From assembly GCA_964454175.1 (NCBI GenBank), contig CAYVSA010000001.1, forward strand, positions 1 through 64,000: a DNA stretch of 64,000 bases, given 5' to 3'. Positions within the stretch are counted from its first letter, which is position 1; every line of letters starts with the position of its first letter. The translations under genes and the position numbers were made by a program. A model generated the notes under the pieces. The model had not been told where the DNA came from. It made no database searches and saw nothing but the letters and a program-made list of their open reading frames with translations. This stretch comes from an uncultured Pseudomonadota bacterium (GTDB lineage Bacteria > BMS3Abin14). Of the stretch, positions 1 through 9,323 are shown one piece after another.

Positions 1-72
1 GGTCAAACCTCACTTTCTTACCTTTTATGTGTTTATACCGACTGCTATATTAATCACATTCTAACACTCACA

Positions 73-910
73 AACGACTACCGCTTTACTGGCAAGGCCT
101 GGGATGCGGAACCTGGGTTCTTTTACTTCAACGCCCGGTGGCCTGCCTCGCCGAAGTCATGTAAGCCATGACGAAGACGGGTATGATCCTGATATCGGTC
201 GATTCATCTCAGAAGATCCTTTATGGGGGAAAATACTTGATCCGCAGTCGCTGAACAGGTTTGCTTATGGGAGAAATAATCCGTTTAGGTTTATTGACCC
301 GACGGGGATGTTTAACATCGATGAGGAGGTTAAAGAGGGTAACTTTGGACTTGAAGGACCTGGATTTGAGGGAGGATCATGGACGGATGATTTTGGTTTG
401 GATACATCCTCTAATGGAGATAGTTTATTTGGAGAAAATGAAGGTCCTATAAGCTCCGGAAATCAGGTTTCACCATACGGAGCATTAAATCCTGGTTTGA
501 AAGATTTTACAGTAGATATTGGTACCTTATATCGAGTAGAGATGTCCGGAGTCGGAGGCGGCTTTGGTGGGTATTTTGAGGGTGGAGTGTTTACCTTTTA
601 TGATGATTTAGCAAAGAAGGGCCACAGCTTTTATTACGTCGCTTTTGGTGGCGGATATGTTCGCGGAGTAAGTGGTCAACCAGAAGTAGGAATCGCAATT
701 GGCTCTAGTAACCCAGATCATTGGACTGGTAGTGGACATGCATTGAATTTTGAAGTGATCTCTCTTGGGCTCTATGGGGCAGGTGGGCAAATTTCATGGT
801 CAGGTGATAACATCATGTACACTACGGGTCCGCATTTAGGTACTCCAGGCGGTTCTGGTGTATATACATCAACTTATACTTGGTACAACGGCGAGGTTCC
901 ATACAAATAA
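73..910 (+). pseudogene. Orphan/disrupted Rhs-repeat-associated core with C-terminal putative toxin domain
   Basis: Frame +1 at 73-141 reads NDYRFTGKAWDAEPGFFYFNARW. After a 40-bp insertion, frame +2 from 182 continues YDPDIGRFISEDP...NRFAYGRNNPFRFIDPTG (Rhs core PxxxxDPxG), then a Gly-rich variable C-terminus. The ATG at 104 in the ORF track is an artefact of the frameshift. Confidence 0.85.
142..181. mobile_element. 40-bp hairpin (REP/MITE-like) insertion splitting the Rhs core
   Basis: cctgcctcgccgaa-gtcatg-taagc-catgac-gaagacggg lies exactly between the W and Y codons of the NARWYDP motif. It has a perfect inner stem gtcatg/catgac and an imperfect outer stem. Confidence 0.7.
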
Positions 911-952
911 AAGTGATATAAAATTTTTCGCTAGGTTTGGTAGGAGAACAGT

Positions 953-1177
953 ATGTATATATTTCAAATTATTTTAGGCATTCTAATTATAATAGTCGGG
1001 CTTTATCATATTTTTAAATATGAAAGTGTTTTAAAATTAATACATACAAGCTATAAAAACACACTGTTTTTTAAAGACGAAGAGCAACTAAAAGCTAGAA
1101 AAATATTTATGGTAATTTTTGGAGTCATATGGATTTTGTTGGGATTCTATTTGATTATGTTTGGATTAATAGGATAA
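953..1177 (+). CDS. Small two-TM membrane protein, putative cognate immunity protein
   Basis: 74 aa with two hydrophobic segments, AGGAG RBS, very AT-rich, directly downstream of the Rhs toxin tip. Confidence 0.65.
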   Translation: MYIFQIILGILIIIVGLYHIFKYESVLKLIHTSYKNTLFFKDEEQLKARKIFMVIFGVIWILLGFYLIMFGLIG

Positions 1178-1256
1178 TTGGGAATTTGGGAGTCAGGCCT
1201 CACTTTCTAGTCAGGCTTTCCCCCTTCGCTTTTCAAGCTTTGGAGAGGGAACGCAG

Positions 1257-1397
1257 GAAACTCACTTCTTCCATGCAGACTACCTCGGATCAGTCAGGCT
1301 TGTTATAGACGTTACTGGTGCTGTAGTCTGGTCTGAGAGGTATAAACCCTTTGGATCAGAAGCTGAACAGTCGGGAAGTGTATTAAACGACTACAAA
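1257..1397 (+). pseudogene. Second Rhs core fragment (no start, truncated)
   Basis: Manual translation ETHFFHADYLGSVRLVIDVTGAVVWSERYKPFGSEAEQSGSVLNDYK matches the Rhs core pattern YYHxDxLGS...VW...YxPFG. Confidence 0.8.
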
Positions 1398-1455
1398 CAT
1401 GGTGTCAGAGCCTTCTGGGATCCACCCTCTGGGGCTTCTTGTCCTGTATTCCTGG

Positions 1456-1483
1456 CTTTCAACTTTCAACTTTGAACCTTCAA
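1456..1483. repeat. Degenerate heptamer tandem array (CTTTCAA)
   Basis: ctttcaa ctttcaa ctttgaa ccttcaa. Confidence 0.7.
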
Positions 1484-1539
1484 CTCTCTTTGGCCCCTTC
1501 ATCCCTGCCAAACAAAGTCTTTTTTCTCTGGCTCCCTCC

Positions 1540-3714
1540 TCACATCAGATGATACGGATCCACCCTGACGTGCACGCGCACGTTCTTGAGCGGTTTTTCC
1601 CTGGTTTTTTTCAGGGCTTTTGACAGCAGCCCGCGGTTTTCGGCAAGAAGGAGCAGGTGCCAGCGGTGGCGGTTGAGGATTCGCGGCAGGGGCGCCGGAG
1701 AGGGGCCAAGGACCCTCAGCCCCGAGAGCCCCGAAAGCCACCCTGATATTGTCGAGCAGGCCTTCTGGACGGCCTCCTGCTTGAGCCCATCTACGATGAT
1801 ACGGCCCATCCGGCCGAAGGGTGGATAACCGAGCTGCCGGCGCATTTCCGATTCTTTTTCGTAAAAGGCCCGGTAGTCACTTTTAAGGGCGAGAGACACG
1901 GCATAGTGGTCCGGAAAATATGACTGGACAATGACTGTCCCTCTTTTTTTGCCTCTGCCCGCCCTTCCCGCCACCTGCGTGATCAGCTGATAAGTCCGTT
2001 CTGCGGACCTGAAATCAGGAAAGTCAAGCGCCTGCTCGGCGTTGAGGATCCCCACCAGGGTAACGTTTGCAAAGTCGTGGCCCTTGGCGATTATCTGCGT
2101 CCCCACCAGGACCTGGATCTTGTTGCCGTCCATCCTGCGATAGATGTCCGCCAGCATGCCGCGCTTTACGACGGTGTCCCGGTCGAGCCTTTCTATTACC
2201 GCGTCGGGAAGGGCCGAAGATATCGCCGCCTCAAGGCGTTGGGTACCGGTCCCCACGGGAGTGAGCCTGCCGCTGCTGCACTGGGGGCATTTTTCGGGTA
2301 CTTTTTCCAGGTGGCCGCAGTAGTGGCACAGCATGCCCCTTGCCCTGTGGTAGGTGAGGGTGACTTCGCAGTTGGGGCACGGCATGGCAAAATTGCAGTC
2401 GCTGCACAGCAGGAAAGGAGAAAAACCTCTGCGGTTCAGAAAAAGCATTGCCTGAGACCCGCCTTGAACCGTCTCGGTAAGGGCCGACATGAGCCTGTCG
2501 GACACAAAGGGGTGATCTGATTTTTTTACGTCCGGGTCGGACATATTCACGACCACAACCTTCGGGTCCTGCGAGGTGCTGACCCTCTCGGGGAGGGTCA
2601 GTAGTGCATATTTCCCGGTCTCGGTGTTTCTGAAGGACTCCAGGGAAGGGGTCGCGGTGCCCAGGATAACCGGAACATTTTCCAGCTGGCCCCTTTTTAC
2701 AGCAACGTCCCTGGCATTGTAGCTGGGAGCCTCCTCCTGCCGGAAGGAGCCATCGTGCTCTTCATCAACAATGATCAGCCCCAACTTCGGTACAGGCGTG
2801 AATACGGCTGAGCGGACACCCACGACCAGACTGGCCTTCCCGCCCTGAACAGCTTCCCACGCCTTTCTTTTTCCCGAGGGCGTCAGGCCGCTGTGGATAA
2901 CAGCGACTCCGCCCGGCACCTGGCTTTCGAGGCGCGATGTGAGGAGGGGAGTGAGGGATATTTCCGGGACCAGAAGCAGCACGGCTCCTCCGGATGAGAG
3001 TACTATTTTCGCTGCGCGAAGATAGACCTCTGTTTTTCCCGACCCGGTCACTCCCATCAGGAGCGTAGTGGAAAATTTACCCCTGTTGATACTGTCGCCG
3101 ATGCCTTTCAGGGCAGCTTCCTGTTCGGAGGTCAGGGTGACGACAGCCTCTTCTTCCCTGGCATATTCAGGTGCCGGTGTGTCTGCCGGAGCCTTGGAAA
3201 TATCAGGCCGGGAGGCCACCTCTTCTATCAATCCTGCTCCGAGGGCCTGCTCAACCTCCTCGGATGAAAAGGACTTTTCAAGATGCACTGACGTTCTTGG
3301 CCCTCTTTTCAGGGAATCGAGTAGACCGAGTTCCCGGTCGGAACCTTCAGGGTCCAGGGCTGATCTGCCTTTTTCAGTGAGCCTGAACTTGATGCCTGCC
3401 GAACCTGCTGACGGCGGCATGGTCATCCTCGCTATCATTCCCGGTGGTGACTGGTAGTAGGAAGATGTCCATCTGACAAGCTCAATGAGGTTTTCGCTTA
3501 AGGGTTCTGATCCGGCAACAGAGAGGATAGGACGTGTCTTCACAGGCGATTCAGGCACGATGTCAACAACAAGGCCGGTAAAACTTTTGCGTCCGAAGGG
3601 TACGGTAACGGTGCAGCCGGGCGCGACCCTGCTCTTGAGATTTTCAGGTATGGAATAGTGGAAGATCTCTTCGACGGGCCGGGGTACCGCAACCCGGGCG
3701 AAGCCCTCTTTCAT
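1540..3714 (-). CDS. priA: Primosomal protein N' (replication restart helicase)
   Basis: GVTGSGKTEVY, LLVPEISLT, DEEH, two Zn-binding Cys clusters, QVAGRAGR, C-terminal VDP. Confidence 0.97.
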   Translation of the reverse strand: MKEGFARVAVPRPVEEIFHYSIPENLKSRVAPGCTVTVPFGRKSFTGLVVDIVPESPVKTRPILSVAGSEPLSENLIELVRWTSSYYQSPPGMIARMTMPPSAGSAGIKFRLTEKGRSALDPEGSDRELGLLDSLKRGPRTSVHLEKSFSSEEVEQALGAGLIEEVASRPDISKAPADTPAPEYAREEEAVVTLTSEQEAALKGIGDSINRGKFSTTLLMGVTGSGKTEVYLRAAKIVLSSGGAVLLLVPEISLTPLLTSRLESQVPGGVAVIHSGLTPSGKRKAWEAVQGGKASLVVGVRSAVFTPVPKLGLIIVDEEHDGSFRQEEAPSYNARDVAVKRGQLENVPVILGTATPSLESFRNTETGKYALLTLPERVSTSQDPKVVVVNMSDPDVKKSDHPFVSDRLMSALTETVQGGSQAMLFLNRRGFSPFLLCSDCNFAMPCPNCEVTLTYHRARGMLCHYCGHLEKVPEKCPQCSSGRLTPVGTGTQRLEAAISSALPDAVIERLDRDTVVKRGMLADIYRRMDGNKIQVLVGTQIIAKGHDFANVTLVGILNAEQALDFPDFRSAERTYQLITQVAGRAGRGKKRGTVIVQSYFPDHYAVSLALKSDYRAFYEKESEMRRQLGYPPFGRMGRIIVDGLKQEAVQKACSTISGWLSGLSGLRVLGPSPAPLPRILNRHRWHLLLLAENRGLLSKALKKTREKPLKNVRVHVRVDPYHLM

Positions 3715-4310
3715 GGTTGGTCGGGTTCTGCGGTGTCCAGGGACAGCCGTTCCACCATGACCAGCTCTGTGTTGCCAAACACCTCAGTCCTGGCGGGGTA
3801 GGGCAGGCGTCTGCCGATATCGGCGATCTCAAGGTAGCGGGACTCGGTCCAGGCTCCAGTCCTGGACCTTATGCCAGCCTTAAGGGGCATGAGATCGGAT
3901 TTGCGCAGCCACAGACGGATCCGCGCCCCCTCTATGTAGTAGCAGATGATGGAATCGATCCGGTCGAGCCGCACCGCTGGGTTTTCGCCCAACAGGTCTG
4001 CGCGCAGGGAGCCGAATAGCTGCTCGGCCTCAACGGTCAGGAGGTGAAAGGGAACATAACCTCCATGGTAAAAGACATCCACCTCCGTTGAGAACTCGGC
4101 CGTTTCGGCCCCTTCCTCGATCCTCAGGGGAAGGACCGTTGACGCTTCGCCTATCTGCTTGCCTCTGTCTGTTTCAAGTACCAAGTTTACTTCCACCGGG
4201 GTTGCGTTCGCCCAGAGACGGGCCATTCTCTCCAGGAGAAGGTCGGCTGGAGGTGTGTAGGCAAAGGAGATGGAAGGCAGGAGCAGCAGCAGCGCAGCGG
4301 CAAGTCTCAT
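3711..4310 (-). CDS. Exported hypothetical protein (possible LolA-like fold)
   Basis: N-terminal signal peptide, 4-bp overlaps with both neighbours; the fold is a guess. Confidence 0.6.
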   Translation of the reverse strand: MRLAAALLLLLPSISFAYTPPADLLLERMARLWANATPVEVNLVLETDRGKQIGEASTVLPLRIEEGAETAEFSTEVDVFYHGGYVPFHLLTVEAEQLFGSLRADLLGENPAVRLDRIDSIICYYIEGARIRLWLRKSDLMPLKAGIRSRTGAWTESRYLEIADIGRRLPYPARTEVFGNTELVMVERLSLDTAEPDQP

Positions 4311-4840
4311 TCCCCTTCCTCCTCTTCCTCTGTGCCCGCCATACGCTCGAGGTACCTGGAGGCTATCTTTTCGGGGTTCGCGAGAGATAAGACGCGTGCA
4401 AACTCCAGGATGAAGCCCCTCAGATAAACCGATGCGGGCAGCTGGTCAAATTTTTCCAACTCGATGTTCTCCAGGTGGGTGGAACGGATCTTTGTCCGCG
4501 AAGAAACCTCCTTGAGCGTAAGACCCAGCCCCTCTCTCGTGTTTCTCAGGTAGTTGCCTATAGAATCGTCCGCGCTGGACATTGTAAATGCCAGGCCCGG
4601 AGTTGAGGGTATCTCCTGTGTCTTTTGCCTGGAATATTCCCTGGTTATCCGCATGTAGGCCTTCTCGATCTTTTCGAGCATCTCCTCTCTCTCCTTGTCT
4701 GAAAGAAGTGAGTATGTGGAGAGGGAACCTTCAGAATAGATCGCCTTCATGCGGTGGTATGAACGGGCTATTTCCTTTTCATCAGCCCCCGGCTTGACTC
4801 CCAGGATAGTGTAATCACTCGCGCTTGAAGAGCTACTCAT
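4307..4840 (-). CDS. DnaJ-like N-domain plus RodZ-type helix-turn-helix protein
   Basis: DYTILGVKPGADEKEIARSY (J-like, no HPD) and IGNYLRNTRE...TKIRSTHLENIE...LPASVYLRGFI (HTH_25-like). Confidence 0.8.
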   Translation of the reverse strand: MSSSSSASDYTILGVKPGADEKEIARSYHRMKAIYSEGSLSTYSLLSDKEREEMLEKIEKAYMRITREYSRQKTQEIPSTPGLAFTMSSADDSIGNYLRNTREGLGLTLKEVSSRTKIRSTHLENIELEKFDQLPASVYLRGFILEFARVLSLANPEKIASRYLERMAGTEEEEEGE

Positions 4841-5777
4841 CCGGAGAACCGCCTTGTCCCAGCAATCTCTTGGAAATTCTTTTTACTGATTTCGTGAAGG
4901 GGGCGGCTGGGAACATGCTCACTACTGATTTCCTCATCCTGATGGCCTTCTTCACGTGGTCGTCGTCTTCGATCTCCCCCAGGAAATTAATCGTGATGCC
5001 GAAGTAATCTCTGCACGCAGTGCAAATGTCCTTCCCCAGATCACTGTCATCCCACCTGCGGATCATGTTGACTATGATGTTAGGGCGAAAATTTTCAGCT
5101 GCCAGCTGCAGGGCTTCCCCTGCTTCCTTGTTGATGGAGTAGACGTTTTCGATAAGGGCTCTGGGAGACTGGATCCCGCGGGCAACCTTTTCCACCATGA
5201 CCTTGTCGATAGCGTCGGTAACCCCCGATCTGTTCGTAGCACGTTTCAGCTTACGATAGAAGGCTGCTTTAATGAAATGGTAGACGTTTTCCACGGATGT
5301 GGGCTCGGGAAGGACGACCAGAATTCCTTCCGTTGCCACCAGGAAGAAGTCCAGGATGTTAAAGCTCGTTCCGGAACCCAGATCCAGAATAACGTAGTCA
5401 GCGTCGAGGGCGGAGATGTGTCTGAGCAGTTTTTCCTTTTGAGTGTACTTGGGATTTGCCATCTCCATGAGAGCACGGGCGCCGCTGATGAGCCTCAGGT
5501 TCGGTATGGGTGTGTCGGCGATGATGTCGTTGAGACTGGAGACTTCTCTCCGCAGGAATGATGACAGGGTGTATTTCGGGTTGCGCATGCCGATCACTGT
5601 GTGGAGGTTTGCCCCACCCAGGTCGGCATCGATAGCGATGCATCGCTTGCCCTGCTGTGCAAGGCTGATCGCCAGGTTGGATGTGATGACGGATTTGCCG
5701 ACACCACCCTTTCCTCCACCGACGGCCCAGATAGCAGGTGTCGATGCGGGGATCTTCTTTTTCTTCGTAACTTTCAT
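4833..5777 (-). CDS. MinD/ParA (FlhG/FleN-like) ATPase
   Basis: GGKGGVGKS deviant Walker A, DADLGGANL, DLGSG, PEPTSVEN. Confidence 0.9.
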   Translation of the reverse strand: MKVTKKKKIPASTPAIWAVGGGKGGVGKSVITSNLAISLAQQGKRCIAIDADLGGANLHTVIGMRNPKYTLSSFLRREVSSLNDIIADTPIPNLRLISGARALMEMANPKYTQKEKLLRHISALDADYVILDLGSGTSFNILDFFLVATEGILVVLPEPTSVENVYHFIKAAFYRKLKRATNRSGVTDAIDKVMVEKVARGIQSPRALIENVYSINKEAGEALQLAAENFRPNIIVNMIRRWDDSDLGKDICTACRDYFGITINFLGEIEDDDHVKKAIRMRKSVVSMFPAAPFTKSVKRISKRLLGQGGSPDE

Positions 5778-7076
5778 TTATTCCTGTCTGTGGTGGAGAT
5801 AGTATACGAGCCCGGTCAGGAGTTTTGGGAAAAAGAAGGTCGACTTCTGGGGCATTCTCTGCCTGTCCCGGGTTACGGCAACGAGATCTTCCATTCCTGT
5901 CGGGTTCATGAGGACCAGGACATTTCCTCCGGAGCGCACCTTCTCCATGGCCTCGACCGAATCCTTGAAGTACTCGAGGTGCTCCTGGTGGCTGATCTGT
6001 TCAGGTGTCAACTTCAGGCAGCGCATCATCAGGAGCCGCTCGGCCAGTGTTACATCCAGTTCCCTCACTGAGACAGGCAAGTCGGGTATCTCGCCTTCGA
6101 GGCTGGCTTCGGGTTTGAGGAACGCCCTGAAAAAACTGTCCGAGGCCGGGTTGTATAGCGTAAAACCTCTCCTGCCTGCCCCCGACGGCGGGAGCCCGGC
6201 CCTAAGGGGAGCTTCTTCTTCGGGCGCAACGGAACTCACCTCGAAGAAATCTTCAAGGCACACAAGCAGCTTCTCAAATGCGAAATCGGAGAATCCGTAC
6301 AAGAGCCGGTGGGTGGGCAGGATGGCAAGCCCGGGGTCCTCCATCCCAACCAGGGCCATCATGACGAAGTTGCTGTCATCGTCTGGGTCGTCAGAGGAGG
6401 TCTCCAGTGAATAGTTCAGGGCTGTCTCGTATCTGTGGTGACCGTCGGCTATGTAGTAGTCCCGGTTGGAAAGCAGCTCAGTGATCCTTTCCACAGCAGA
6501 CTGATCCGCGATGACCCACATCTTCCTTCCGATGCCGTCGGCGTCCTCGAAGTCGGCCGAGGGCTCTGATTCGAACGTGTCAGCCAGAGCCTCTCTCACA
6601 ACGGAGGCATCTCCATCAAAAAGGGCAAAGATCTGGCTGAGGTTACCACCGAAGGAGTGCATGAGCTTTAACCTGTCCTCCTTGGGGCCCAGGTGGGTTC
6701 TTTCGTGAGGGTGTATCCTGCCGGAATCCAGCGGCTCGAGCCTGACGCGGCCGATTATCCCCCAGCGTCGACGGGGAGACTTCTCACCTGGAAGTAAAAA
6801 GGAATCCTCGATGAGGTAGTAGCATGGCGTCTCGTCCCGCATGAGAACACCATCGTTTTCCCACGACATCATCATCCGGGCGCCCTCTTCGTAATCTCCC
6901 TGTTTTCCGGGTTCTGAGCCCAGTATCAGCTTAACGCAGTTGAAATCGTCCCGGGAGAGGAGGTCCGCATGCTGTCCGGGATCGATGACATCGTAGGGGG
7001 GCGAAACTACCATTGAAATATCGCTGATCTTTTCTGTGTTGAACCTTACTCCTCTAAACGGTCTGATTTCCGGCAC
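5778..7076 (-). CDS. DUF1015 family protein
   Basis: IRPFRG, SPPYDVI, PHERT, IADGHHRYETA, MPQKSTFFFPKLLTGL. Confidence 0.9.
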   Translation of the reverse strand: MPEIRPFRGVRFNTEKISDISMVVSPPYDVIDPGQHADLLSRDDFNCVKLILGSEPGKQGDYEEGARMMMSWENDGVLMRDETPCYYLIEDSFLLPGEKSPRRRWGIIGRVRLEPLDSGRIHPHERTHLGPKEDRLKLMHSFGGNLSQIFALFDGDASVVREALADTFESEPSADFEDADGIGRKMWVIADQSAVERITELLSNRDYYIADGHHRYETALNYSLETSSDDPDDDSNFVMMALVGMEDPGLAILPTHRLLYGFSDFAFEKLLVCLEDFFEVSSVAPEEEAPLRAGLPPSGAGRRGFTLYNPASDSFFRAFLKPEASLEGEIPDLPVSVRELDVTLAERLLMMRCLKLTPEQISHQEHLEYFKDSVEAMEKVRSGGNVLVLMNPTGMEDLVAVTRDRQRMPQKSTFFFPKLLTGLVYYLHHRQE

Positions 7077-7140
7077 TTGTCCACCTCCAGTCTCCTTCAG
7101 AGAATATCATTCTCTTAATCGACGGGCAAGAAGGGTGTGG

Positions 7141-7182
7141 AGTGAATAGTTGAAAGTTGAAAATTTGATGTTGAAAGTTTAA
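7141..7182. repeat. Degenerate heptamer tandem array (AGTTGAA)
   Basis: agtgaat agttgaa agttgaa aatttga tgttgaa agtttaa; reverse complement of the unit at 1456. Confidence 0.7.
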
Positions 7183-7242
7183 TGTAGCCGGAAAACAGAA
7201 ATTGCCCATGGATCCGGATCAAGATCATTACGGAGGTAAATA

Positions 7243-7566
7243 ATGAGATATTCCCTGCCGGAAAAGATCAAGGAGAACCCTGAGATAAGCATACCAATCG
7301 AGGGCATCAGGGGATGGAAAGTCGGGGGCGCCGAAGGGTTGGTGGTCTTTTTCGAGATCCAGCCGGGTACTGTCCTGCCAGACCACTCACACTGCTTCCA
7401 GTGGGGGTTTGTTATTGATGGTGCCATTGAGCTGACGATCGGCAACGAGACGAGGGTCTACGAAGGGGGCCAGCAGTATACCGTGCCCGAGGGCATACCC
7501 CACTCCGGCCGAATACCCGCTGGAGCGCTTGCCATGGATTACTTCGCTGACCCAGAAAGATATTGA
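7243..7566 (+). CDS. Cupin domain protein
   Basis: PDHSH...QWG...G and PEGIPHSG cupin motifs; GGAGG RBS. Confidence 0.85.
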   Translation: MRYSLPEKIKENPEISIPIEGIRGWKVGGAEGLVVFFEIQPGTVLPDHSHCFQWGFVIDGAIELTIGNETRVYEGGQQYTVPEGIPHSGRIPAGALAMDYFADPERY

Positions 7567-7597
7567 CCGGGGACTGTTCCCAACGGGTGCCCGAAGC

Positions 7598-7981
7598 TCA
7601 TCGCCCCGATCTGATGCACGTCATCGCCCACAGAAAGGGCACCACCATGAGGGCGTCTATCACGGCAAAGGGCTTCCACATGCTTGGTACTCCTGTTGTG
7701 GCCCAGTACCAGAAAACGAGTCCGCTGTAGGAGACTTTGAGGCCCACGCCGTATGGTATGAAGCCCCTGTGGCGTTCCGGGTCTGAAGCGATCTGGACGA
7801 ACATTAACGTGAAGAGTATCAGGAGAAGTGCCGGGAACTTGACGTATCCAACATGGTTGGGAGGCGTTACCTCGAACCACCTGAATACGGCCATGGGGCG
7901 GATGAAAAATAATACTCCAATAACCCCCTCATAAAGGGCCGCGACACCGAACACCAGTGATATTGCCTTTTTATGCCTCAT
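7598..7981 (-). CDS. Hypothetical four-TM membrane protein
   Basis: Four hydrophobic segments, 19 bp downstream of the radical SAM gene. Confidence 0.7.
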   Translation of the reverse strand: MRHKKAISLVFGVAALYEGVIGVLFFIRPMAVFRWFEVTPPNHVGYVKFPALLLILFTLMFVQIASDPERHRGFIPYGVGLKVSYSGLVFWYWATTGVPSMWKPFAVIDALMVVPFLWAMTCIRSGR

Positions 7982-8000
7982 TTTCCCTTTCCTCGGCCCC

Positions 8001-9323
8001 TTAGTTCCTGCGGTTCTTAAGGAGCTGTTTTTTGAAGTGCTTTTGCCTCTGGGTTGTGAATTTATCGCTGTAAAGCCTCGCCCCCAGTTCTCTGAATCCC
8101 TCCCGCAGTTCGGACTCCTCCATGTCGGACGGCCTGAAATTAAGGTCGAACAGGGTGCACTTTTCCCAACCTTCGGGTTCTAACATCCTGCCTTCTGCGA
8201 CCAGCCTGTCGTAAAGCGGGGTTCCGGGAAAAGCAGTCTGTATCGTTATCTGGACTTCGTGGAGCCCGGAGCCCCTGACGAAATCATATACCTGGTCGAA
8301 AATCTCAGGGCCATGGCCGTCAAGACCTATGATGAAGCAACCGTTGACGCTTATACCGTGGGACTGTATCCTGTCTATGGCCTCACGGTATTCTTTCAGT
8401 CGCCCGCGCTTCCAGTCACTTTTCGTCTCCACCCCTGACAGGCTATCTTCAGTTGGACTTTCCAGCCCAATGAGGACCTGTGCACACCCGGCTTTGCGCG
8501 CGAGGGTAAGCATTGCCGGGTCGTCAGCCATGGAGATGTCCGTCTCTGTGAACCAGCGTATTTTTCTTTTCGCTATCTCCGGCAGAAGTTCCTTCCAGAA
8601 GCGCCGATCGATGAAGGTGTTGTCATCTGCCAGTTCGATGAAGGGGTGTTCCCAGACTCCGAGAATGGCGTCAATTTCCGCTAGGATCTTCTCGGCTGGT
8701 TTCTGCTTGTACCTGTCGGAGAGGAGGGTGGAACTGGCACAGAACTCACACTTGTGAGGACAGCCGCGGCTAGTCTGGATGGTCAGGCGGTTGTACCTGT
8801 CGATGTCAAGAAGCTCAAATGCCGGAAGGGGCGCCTCGGCCAGGTCAAAACTTCCTGTACGCGAACCGTAAGCAGGTTTTATACTGCCCTTTTCCAGGTC
8901 TTCCAGGAGTTTTAGCCAGCTCAGTTCTCCCTCTCCCACGACGATCGAGTCACAGTGTTTCCCTGCCTCATCGGGAAGGGCGGAAACGTGCAGGCCGCCC
9001 ATAACCACCCTGGCACCGTCTCTCCGGCAGTAGTCGGCAAGATTATAGGCTTCATGTATCTGGGCTGTGTAGCTTGAGATAGCTACAAGATCATAACCTG
9101 CAGCAGGTGCAGCTGACGTATTCCCATCCCTGAAGTCCTCTATTTCGATGTAGTCCACCTCGAAGTGCGGCGGAGTCATGCCGGCAAGGGTCAGCAGGCC
9201 GAGGCTGGGAAGGGAAGCTATGATCTTGCTTCGCTCCACGAAGCCAGGGAGGGTCAGACCCATATTCAGCAGTTCCTCGTCGCAAACCCTGATGCCGCTC
9301 ATAGCCACCAGCGCGATTTTCAT
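8001..9323 (-). CDS. B12-binding domain radical SAM protein
   Basis: PSLGLLTLAG...VVMGGLHVS...GEGE cobalamin-binding region; SRGCPHKCEFC CxxxCxxC; PGTPLY. Confidence 0.92.
   Translation of the reverse strand: MKIALVAMSGIRVCDEELLNMGLTLPGFVERSKIIASLPSLGLLTLAGMTPPHFEVDYIEIEDFRDGNTSAAPAAGYDLVAISSYTAQIHEAYNLADYCRRDGARVVMGGLHVSALPDEAGKHCDSIVVGEGELSWLKLLEDLEKGSIKPAYGSRTGSFDLAEAPLPAFELLDIDRYNRLTIQTSRGCPHKCEFCASSTLLSDRYKQKPAEKILAEIDAILGVWEHPFIELADDNTFIDRRFWKELLPEIAKRKIRWFTETDISMADDPAMLTLARKAGCAQVLIGLESPTEDSLSGVETKSDWKRGRLKEYREAIDRIQSHGISVNGCFIIGLDGHGPEIFDQVYDFVRGSGLHEVQITIQTAFPGTPLYDRLVAEGRMLEPEGWEKCTLFDLNFRPSDMEESELREGFRELGARLYSDKFTTQRQKHFKKQLLKNRRN

Noticed and set aside
1400-1412. TGGTGTCAGAGCC resembling a tRNA 3'-end complement or att site at the Rhs cassette edge
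   Set aside because: Too short; no tRNA cloverleaf can be folded and there is no integrase in the window.
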